A stretch of 64,000 nt of DNA, taken from a virus. Its lineage: Duplodnaviria; Caudoviricetes. Below, in pieces: positions 1 to 7,795 of this stretch (the first letter of the stretch is position 1; each line of letters begins with the position of its first letter). Both the position numbers and the translations under genes were made by a program. Below the pieces are notes generated by a model. The model saw nothing but the letters and a program-made list of their open reading frames with translations. It made no database searches and was not told the origin of the DNA. Location: positions 4,082-68,081 of the IMG/VR virus record IMGVR_UViG_3300015607_001184; one strand, given 5' to 3'.

Positions 1-132
1 CTGCGTACCCCTACGACGACGGGACTGCGCTCACTGCTGAAGTCCCATGCCAACTCACCCGCGAGCGTGAACGGCTGACTTGTGCGAATCCGGCATATTG
101 CGCAAGGTTCTGGCGGCATCCGGAGCGCCTGC

Positions 133-2904
133 ATGTCTGCTGACCTCGACTACCGTCACTCCCGTCTTGGCCTTGGCCAACTGGTCCCCGGGACGGAGCA
201 GGGCGACGAGCCCGCCATGATCATCGACATGGGCGATCAGGGCATGGGCGAGGTCCAGAAGAAGCCGGGATCGTCCACCGTCAAGATCGAGCACCCTGAC
301 GGGACCATCACCATCGCCTTCGGGCAGGTGAAGCCAAAGCGCGAGAAGGTGGGCTGGTTCGACAATCTGGTCGACGACATCGACGACGATCAGCTGGGCA
401 TCATCGCCAACAGGCTGGTGACGGCGATCCAGTCCGACGACGACAGCCGCAAGCAGTGGCTGGAGGACCGGGCGAGGGGCATCGAGCTTCTGGGCCTGAA
501 GCTGAACACGCCACGCGGCGATCTGGCGGCCTCCACGACGCTTCTGGAGGGCATCTCGCAGGTCAACCATCCGCTGCTGCTGGAGGCGGTCCTGCGCTTT
601 CAGGCGAACGCGCGCGGCGAGATGCTGCCCACCGACGGACCGGTCAAAATCCGGGTCGACGACCTCAACACGCAGCAGGCGCAGGCGCAGGTGGGCCACA
701 ATGGCGGCCCGCCCATGGCCGAGGACGACGACAGCGAGGCGCAGCTGCTGGAGACGGCGCTGAACCACTACCTGACCGCCGTCGCCAAGGAGTATGTGCC
801 AGACACGGACCGCATGCTGTTCATGCTCGGCTTCGGCGGATGCACCTTCAAGAAGGTCTACAATTGCCCGATCCGGCGCCGCCCGGTCAGCGAATCGGTC
901 GACGCGGTCAACATCATCGTCTCCAACGCCACCACGACGCTGGCGAATTGCGGGCGCATCACCCACGAGGTGAACATGCGCCCGTCGATCCTGAAGCGCA
1001 TGCAGATCATCGGGGCCTACCGGGACATTGATCTCGGCTACAATTCACAGTCGACGCCGAACGCCGCGCAGGACGCCGCGAACAGCGTGCAGGGCATCGA
1101 GGTCGGCAACCAGCAGCCGGAAGACGCCGACCGCACGCTCTGGGAGTGCTACTGCGAGCTGGACATCCCGGGCTTCGAACACAAGCACAAGGGCAAGATC
1201 ACCGGCCTGCCACTGCCATACGTCGTCACCATTGACAAGCTGTCTCAGCAAATCCTGTCGATCCGTCGCAATTATGAGAGAGACGACGACATGGCGATGC
1301 CGAAGACGTATTTCGTCAAATACTCATTCGTGCCCGGCATGGGCTTCTATGATCTGGGCCTGCTGCACATCCTTGGGAACACGACGAGCGCTGCAACGGC
1401 GGCGTGGCGCGAAATGCTGGACGCTGGCATGTTCGCCTCGTTCCCGGGCTTCCTCTACGCCAAGTCGGCGGCCAAGCAGCGGACGAACCAGTTCCGGATC
1501 CCGCCGGGCGGCGGTATGCCCATCGAGACGAATGGCATGGCGATCTCCGACGCAGTGATGCCGTTGCCCTATCGCGAGCCCGGCCCGGCATCGATGCAGC
1601 TGGTTGATAACATCACGCAGATGGGCCAGCGCGTCGGAGGCACTGCGGAGATCAATGTCGGCGAGGGCCGTCAGGACGCGCCGGTGGGCACGACCATCGC
1701 CCTGATCGAGCAGGCGACGAAGGTGCTCGACGCCGTCCACAAGCGCATGCACGCCTCGCAGGCCGAGGAGTTCCAGCTGCTCAAAGAGCGCTTTCAGGAG
1801 GATCCCGAGGCGCTCTGGCGGTTCGACAGGAAGATGGCGTCGATCTGGGATAAGGAGCGCTTCCTCAACGCCCTCAACAATGTCGACCTCGTCCCGCAGG
1901 CCGACCCGAACACGTCGAGCCAGATGATGCGCGTCATGAAGGCGGTGGCCATCAAGCAGCTGCAGGCGCAGAACCCGAACCTCTACGACCCCATCGCGGT
2001 CGACACCCGGGTGCTCAAGGTCATCGGCGTCTCCAACCCGGAAGCGCTGTTCACGCAGAACCAGCAGCAGAACACCGATCCGAACGCCGCCAAGGCGCAG
2101 GCCCAGATGGCCACGGCGCAGATCAACGCCCAGCAGAAAGACAACGCCCACATCCGCGAGCTGGCTTTCAAGGCGTCCGAGGCCGACAAGGATCGCATGC
2201 TGCAGGTGCAGGCGCAGCAGGCCAAGGATGCCCTGTCGGGAGCCCAGCTGCAGCAGAAGGTCGAGAGCGACGAAAGGGCCCATGCGCTGTCTGCCGCGCA
2301 GCTGGAGTCCAGCCACGGGCTGGCGCAGGCCGACCTCGCGATCAAGGACAAGGGGCTCGCCCTCGCCGCCCAGCAGCACGCCCAGACCGTGCAGGCGCAG
2401 CAGGACAAGACCATGGCCGATGCCCAGACCAAGGTCTTCACCAACGTGCAGGACAACAACACCGCCCTCACGCTCAACCGGGAGAAGATCCAAGGCGAGC
2501 TGGCGCAGCAGTCGCAGCAGATCGAGCACGACAATCAGCAGGGCGAGGCGGACCGGCAGTTCCAAGCCTCCCAGCACCACGAGGATCTGGCCTATCAGGC
2601 GCACGAGAGCGAGCAGGCGCGCCAGCACCAGAGCCGCGAGGCCGCAGAGGACCGCAGGCACGGCATCCACACGGCCGAGATGGGCCATGCCGTGGACGCC
2701 GCCAAGACCTCCTCGCAGCGTGATTTCGAGCGCGAGAAGATGGACATCCAGCACCAGCACGGCATGGAGCAGACCCGCGTGACGCAGGACCACGAGGCCC
2801 GCGAGGCCAAGGAGGATCGCAAGATCGCGGCGAAGAAGATCAATCAGGGCGGTCTGAAGAACGGAAAGGGCCTCGGTCGCGGCCCCAACCCGAGCAAGCG
2901 CTGA
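133..2904 (+). CDS. Portal protein (P22-like podovirus type) with long Gln/His/Ala-rich C-terminal tail
   Basis: Motifs HPLLLEAVLRFQA, TDRMLFMLGFGGCTFKKVY, FVKYSFVPGMGFYDLGL, APVGTTIALIE typical of this portal family; ORF track starts at 82 (GTG), ATG 133 or 217 more likely. Confidence 0.9.
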   Translation: MSADLDYRHSRLGLGQLVPGTEQGDEPAMIIDMGDQGMGEVQKKPGSSTVKIEHPDGTITIAFGQVKPKREKVGWFDNLVDDIDDDQLGIIANRLVTAIQSDDDSRKQWLEDRARGIELLGLKLNTPRGDLAASTTLLEGISQVNHPLLLEAVLRFQANARGEMLPTDGPVKIRVDDLNTQQAQAQVGHNGGPPMAEDDDSEAQLLETALNHYLTAVAKEYVPDTDRMLFMLGFGGCTFKKVYNCPIRRRPVSESVDAVNIIVSNATTTLANCGRITHEVNMRPSILKRMQIIGAYRDIDLGYNSQSTPNAAQDAANSVQGIEVGNQQPEDADRTLWECYCELDIPGFEHKHKGKITGLPLPYVVTIDKLSQQILSIRRNYERDDDMAMPKTYFVKYSFVPGMGFYDLGLLHILGNTTSAATAAWREMLDAGMFASFPGFLYAKSAAKQRTNQFRIPPGGGMPIETNGMAISDAVMPLPYREPGPASMQLVDNITQMGQRVGGTAEINVGEGRQDAPVGTTIALIEQATKVLDAVHKRMHASQAEEFQLLKERFQEDPEALWRFDRKMASIWDKERFLNALNNVDLVPQADPNTSSQMMRVMKAVAIKQLQAQNPNLYDPIAVDTRVLKVIGVSNPEALFTQNQQQNTDPNAAKAQAQMATAQINAQQKDNAHIRELAFKASEADKDRMLQVQAQQAKDALSGAQLQQKVESDERAHALSAAQLESSHGLAQADLAIKDKGLALAAQQHAQTVQAQQDKTMADAQTKVFTNVQDNNTALTLNREKIQGELAQQSQQIEHDNQQGEADRQFQASQHHEDLAYQAHESEQARQHQSREAAEDRRHGIHTAEMGHAVDAAKTSSQRDFEREKMDIQHQHGMEQTRVTQDHEAREAKEDRKIAAKKINQGGLKNGKGLGRGPNPSKR

Positions 2905-3359
2905 TGCCTCGCGTTCTCATCTGCGGTGGCCGCACCTACGGATACATCCCGGCCTATCCGGAGCCCGGCCATGTCGAGGAGTGGCGTGCCGCCGTCCAGC
3001 GCGGGCAGAGGCAGCGTGACGCGCTTAACCACCGTCTCGACAGGCTGGTGAGCCGCTACGGGCCCGAGAACCTGACGATCATCCACGGCGCGGCGAGCGG
3101 GGCGGATGAGCTTGCCGGGGCATGGGCGCACGACAGCGGCATTGACGTGATCGCCTTTCCCATCACCGACGAGGAATGGGCGCGCTGGGGCAGGGCTGCA
3201 GGTCCCAAGCGCAACGCCCGCATGCTGCTGCAGGGCGAACCCGACCTCGTCATCGCCTTCGAAGGCGGCAAGGGCGCCCAGAACATGGTGCGTCTGGCGC
3301 GCGGCGCTGGCGTGACTGTCGATATCGTGGAGGCGGATCAATGCGCCGTGCTGACCTGA
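2904..3359 (+). CDS. YspA/DUF2493-like SLOG-fold protein
   Basis: RVLICGGR, IIHGAASGAD, GRAAGPKRNARML, PDLVIAFEGGKGAQNM; TGATG overlap with portal stop. Confidence 0.88.
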   Translation: MPRVLICGGRTYGYIPAYPEPGHVEEWRAAVQRGQRQRDALNHRLDRLVSRYGPENLTIIHGAASGADELAGAWAHDSGIDVIAFPITDEEWARWGRAAGPKRNARMLLQGEPDLVIAFEGGKGAQNMVRLARGAGVTVDIVEADQCAVLT

Positions 3360-6300
3360 ACGCATTGATGGACCGCTTGCGCCAGTCTTATGGCGACGAC
3401 GCGGCGCGGCGTGTCGAAAGGGCGGCTGACGAGGTCCATGGCCTCGACCAACGCTACACAGACACGGCCCTTCATCATGCATTTGCAGGTAACGCGGATT
3501 CGGCGCTGGTCGCCATGAAGCCCGGCGATTTCGAGAAATACGCGGCTCGCCTGCCCGAGAAGGGCTATCCGGATTACGGCTATTTCGACTGGGATACGGG
3601 CGCCGACCTCGATTACGACCAGTACATGGACTACCTCAACACGATTGAGCACAGGGGCGGTCTGTCGGACGTGCCGTTCCTCAATGTCGGCCACGAGGAA
3701 GGCGCGGACCTGCCTTATGTCGGGGCTCATGAGGGGCGCCATCGCATGCGCGCCATGGCCAAGGCAGGCAAGCCGACGGGCCTCGTCATGATCCGCCCGT
3801 CGGGACGGCTGGAGGAGAGCCTCCGGCACGGGCCGACCTATGAGACGGCCTACCGCGATTCCAACCAGAAAAGGCAGGCCCTGCTGGATCACCTCGCGGC
3901 GCATGACCGCATGGTCTACCCGCAGAAAGAACGCGACAGGCAGGACGACATTCGCGGCCCGGAGCAGCTTCCGGAGGCCTTTTCCAAAGGCGGGATCACT
4001 GGGAAGCCCTCGACAGTGAAGATTCCCGGCCACGGCGAGATCGCGGCCGACGAGATCCCCGAGGTGATGGCGGCCAAGCGCTCCTATATGGGACACCGCT
4101 TCGGCGACCCGCGTAAGGCGGACATCGACGGCTATACGCCATTCGACGAAGCGCACGCCCGCAAGATCGCCGAGGCCTACGAGGCCATGCAGCACGCCCC
4201 GCACGATCCGGCCGTGCGGCGCTCCTACGAAGCCATGATCGACGAGACGCTCGACCAGTACCACGCGCTCAGGAACGCCGGATACGACTTCCATTTCATG
4301 CGCGACGGCGAGCCTGACCCCTACGCGGAATCGCCCGCGCTGGGCTATCTCGACGCCAAGGATGGCCGCCTGACGGTGTTCCCGACCGATCAGGGCTACG
4401 GCATGTCCATGCTCCACAGCGAGGAGATGAACCCGCTGCTGAAGCGCGTCGGCCGCATCGGCGACCTCGACAACGCCACGGCCAACGACGCCTTCCGGGC
4501 GGTCCACGATATGTTCGGCCACCACGGCCCGGGCAACCCGTTCTTCCGCCACAAGGGCGAGGAGCGGGCGTGGGAAGCGCATTCCAGAATGTACTCCGAC
4601 GACGCGCTCCCGGCGATGACCTCGGAGACGCGCGGCCAGAACAGTTGGCTGAATTTCGGCCCGCACGAGGAGTACAACCGCACCGCCAACGGCGCCGACA
4701 CGATCTATGCCGAGCAGAAGGCAGGCCTGATGCCGGAGTGGACGTGGCGCCGCCACAGGCGCGCCGACGGGGGCTCGATCCCCGGCCGCGAGCTGAACGA
4801 GCTTGGCATGTACTCCAAGGCTCTGGAGGAGGCCAAGGCGATCAGGCAGCCCAAGGGCAAGCTGTCCGATTTCCTGCGCTATCTGAAGGGCGGGCTGGAG
4901 GAGTTCCGGCGTGGCGGGTGGGTGGATCGCGGTGGCTATGCCCGGGGCGGCATCGCCGACTATCAGGACGAACTCGACAGCGCCAACCGCATGATGAGCC
5001 CGGACGAGGAGGGGCTTCTGGCCTATCCGCGCGACCGCTACATTGACCCACACTACCGCGTGGGGGCGCTCAAGGGCTGGACCTTGAACCCGAACCTGAG
5101 GCAGGACAGGTTCCTCGACTACCCCAGCGTCAACGACGACATCGGGGCGCCCTACTTCAACGGCTGGAACGAGAACAAGGGGCGCTTCCGCAACTACGCC
5201 GACGGCGGTGCGGTCGAGCGTGAGCATTTCGAATTCGGCGGCTTTCAGGACAACTCTCGCCCCGGGCAGGCGGGCGACCCGGGTAACTGGGGAGCGTGGG
5301 GCAATGGCACGGAGGACGTGTCGGTACGCGATGCGCAGGCAGCCGGGCTGCGGGCGGGCCTGTCACGCGCCGAAGTGGCCTACGGGCAGGTTCCCGGAGG
5401 TCTTGGCTACCGTGGGGGCAGTGGCACGAGCCTGACGAACCTCCCCGAGCTGAGCGCTGCCAACCTTGCGCGCGCTGGTATCTTCAACCCCGGCGAGCGC
5501 CGGGTGTCAGGAAACCCGGCGGACGCGGCGACGGGCATGGCGCAGCCGGGATCCGTCCGCGAGGCTCTTGGGCTCGGCAAGATGCCCGAGCAGACCCAGA
5601 CGCCGGAGCAGGCGGTGCAGCAGGTTGAGGCGCAGCGCAGGCAGGCTGCCGCCGCTTCCGACCCTTCCGGCTTCAACGGGCTGGCTGGCGGCACGGTGGC
5701 GCTGGCGGCCTTCGGCGCGCTGCCCGGGCAGCACAAGCCCGGCGAGGACATGACGACGCCTGCCGACACAGGGTTCATGTCGACGCCCGAGCAGAACAGC
5801 TACAACCGGTTCATGGACACCGCCCGCAACACCTACATGGAGGCGGGGAACCAGAGCGACGAGGGCATGCTGGGTGTCGCCTTCTCGGCGCCGAACCGCA
5901 CCGCCATCAATTATGGCGGCATTGGCCCCGGGGGCATCGACACCACCGGCTACAACGACCCCAATGCCTCGTTCGACGAGAACGTGACGCGGAATATCTA
6001 CGCCCCCAAACAATACAGCTGGACGAACCCGGCCCTGAACAGAAAGACCGGCGTGGTGAATGTCGACCGCGCTCGCGACATCGCCGACGCCGAAATGGCC
6101 GGGGCGCCGGATCGTGCGCAGCGTGCCTATGCGGCTGCCTATGCGCAGCAGTTCGGAGGGGCGACGGACCCGACCTATGGCGCCGTGTCCTACCACGCCG
6201 ACTATGTCAGCCCGGCGTGGCGCCGGGACGCAGCTTCGCTGGGGACGCCCACGGTCATTGGCGACCACACCTTCTACGGCGGCAGCCCGCCCACGGCCAC

Positions 6301-7795
6301 GCAGGTGGCGGGCCCCGGCGCAGCAAGCGTCCTGTCCACCATGGCGGACCCGTGGGGCTTCTCGCACATGACGCCGGTGAACGATCTGGCTACGGCGCCG
6401 CTGTCGTGGACGGACCGCATCGGCGCGCCCCCGGCAACACCTCTCGGTTCCCCGCGCACGCCCACTCCCGCCTCTGCCTACAGCGTGGGGGAGGATGCCA
6501 CGCCTCTCGGCTCTCCGCGCACGCCGACCCCGGCCACGGCCTATGCCCCGGAGGGCGCCACGCGCACATGGGCGAACCCGATTTCGGTGCCCTATTCCGA
6601 CCCCGGCTTCGAGCGCCCGGGCTACGACATCTCGGTCTATCAGGGCGTCCCGCTGGCCGACATCACGCCGGTGCGTCCTTCCGCGCCGACGCTCACGGAG
6701 CAGGCCTACAACCCGCTGTCGTCGATTCGTGCACCTTCCGTTGTCGACCCGTTCACGGCGAGGAAGGTGCAAACCGAAAGGATCTCGCCGCCCTCCGAGG
6801 AGCCCAGCTACACCCGGGCGCCCTATCACGACACGGTCTACGATGCGCCTGCCGCGACGGCAGCCGCCGTGGCGCGGCGCATGGGATGGCACGACAGCGT
6901 CTACGACGCACCTTCGGCACAGGCATCGCCGCTTGGATCCCCCCGCACGCCGACGCCCGCCAGCGCCTATGCCAGCCCCGAAGCGGCCCCGGCTGCCCCG
7001 GTGGCGCGCCCGGCGGCGCCTTACGGAACGCGCGGGAACCCCCTTTCGGCCGCAGACATGGCTGCCGTCGGGCTCGGCGACGCGACACCGGCGCAGCTGC
7101 GCAGCTATCGCGCCGATATCCCGCGCGGGTCCATGATCAGCTCTGACTCTCCGTACTATGGCACCCGCAACAACCCGTTGTCGGACGCCGACATGGCGGC
7201 TGCAGGCCTTGGCGACGAGCAGTCCTTCTCGAAGAAGTACCTCGGCTTCCGGTCGAACGACGAGGTCGATGCCGACAACAAGCCCTACAAGGATCCCGAG
7301 ACTGGCCAGTGGGTCGATCCGCGTTTCTCGCGCACGCCCGTCGGCATGGCGGCTCTCGGCCTTCTTGGGCTCGGCCTGACCGCCGTCTCGCCGCCGCTGG
7401 GCATCGCCTACGGCCTGTCGGCGCTCATGGGCAAAAGCCCCCTCATCAATGGCGCTGACAGGCTGGCCAGCCGCTTCGGCTTCGACGGCCGCACGACGAC
7501 TACGGATCCCAATGCACCGAGCGCGTGGGGCAGCCTGAAGAGCGGCGTGCAGGGCCAGTCTTACGCGCCCGGCTATGATGGCGCCGGGACAGGGCGCTCG
7601 CTGTCATCGTTCAACGGCAATAGCGGTGGAAACGGCTACAGAATGTACGACCCCGTTCCCGGGCCCGTTGCGAATCCAATCGATGTGAAGTCCAAGAAGA
7701 AGGCAGCGGAACCGAAACCGGAACCGGTCAGGCCCTCCGATTGGAATGACATGGCCTCGTGGCAGCAGGAACTCTGGAGTGACACCTATGGCTGA
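3341..7795 (+). CDS. Large multidomain (polyvalent) virion/internal protein: ParB-like domain, HDxxGH domain, SleB-type cell wall hydrolase, repeat tail
   Basis: ATG 3341 with GGAGG upstream (track start 3176 too early); HEGRHR motif, RAVHDMFGH..GEE motif, EA..GM..V..NR / QYSW / D.TYGAVSYHA.YV.P.W / IGDHTFY hydrolase motifs. Confidence 0.75.
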   Translation: MRRADLNALMDRLRQSYGDDAARRVERAADEVHGLDQRYTDTALHHAFAGNADSALVAMKPGDFEKYAARLPEKGYPDYGYFDWDTGADLDYDQYMDYLNTIEHRGGLSDVPFLNVGHEEGADLPYVGAHEGRHRMRAMAKAGKPTGLVMIRPSGRLEESLRHGPTYETAYRDSNQKRQALLDHLAAHDRMVYPQKERDRQDDIRGPEQLPEAFSKGGITGKPSTVKIPGHGEIAADEIPEVMAAKRSYMGHRFGDPRKADIDGYTPFDEAHARKIAEAYEAMQHAPHDPAVRRSYEAMIDETLDQYHALRNAGYDFHFMRDGEPDPYAESPALGYLDAKDGRLTVFPTDQGYGMSMLHSEEMNPLLKRVGRIGDLDNATANDAFRAVHDMFGHHGPGNPFFRHKGEERAWEAHSRMYSDDALPAMTSETRGQNSWLNFGPHEEYNRTANGADTIYAEQKAGLMPEWTWRRHRRADGGSIPGRELNELGMYSKALEEAKAIRQPKGKLSDFLRYLKGGLEEFRRGGWVDRGGYARGGIADYQDELDSANRMMSPDEEGLLAYPRDRYIDPHYRVGALKGWTLNPNLRQDRFLDYPSVNDDIGAPYFNGWNENKGRFRNYADGGAVEREHFEFGGFQDNSRPGQAGDPGNWGAWGNGTEDVSVRDAQAAGLRAGLSRAEVAYGQVPGGLGYRGGSGTSLTNLPELSAANLARAGIFNPGERRVSGNPADAATGMAQPGSVREALGLGKMPEQTQTPEQAVQQVEAQRRQAAAASDPSGFNGLAGGTVALAAFGALPGQHKPGEDMTTPADTGFMSTPEQNSYNRFMDTARNTYMEAGNQSDEGMLGVAFSAPNRTAINYGGIGPGGIDTTGYNDPNASFDENVTRNIYAPKQYSWTNPALNRKTGVVNVDRARDIADAEMAGAPDRAQRAYAAAYAQQFGGATDPTYGAVSYHADYVSPAWRRDAASLGTPTVIGDHTFYGGSPPTATQVAGPGAASVLSTMADPWGFSHMTPVNDLATAPLSWTDRIGAPPATPLGSPRTPTPASAYSVGEDATPLGSPRTPTPATAYAPEGATRTWANPISVPYSDPGFERPGYDISVYQGVPLADITPVRPSAPTLTEQAYNPLSSIRAPSVVDPFTARKVQTERISPPSEEPSYTRAPYHDTVYDAPAATAAAVARRMGWHDSVYDAPSAQASPLGSPRTPTPASAYASPEAAPAAPVARPAAPYGTRGNPLSAADMAAVGLGDATPAQLRSYRADIPRGSMISSDSPYYGTRNNPLSDADMAAAGLGDEQSFSKKYLGFRSNDEVDADNKPYKDPETGQWVDPRFSRTPVGMAALGLLGLGLTAVSPPLGIAYGLSALMGKSPLINGADRLASRFGFDGRTTTTDPNAPSAWGSLKSGVQGQSYAPGYDGAGTGRSLSSFNGNSGGNGYRMYDPVPGPVANPIDVKSKKKAAEPKPEPVRPSDWNDMASWQQELWSDTYG

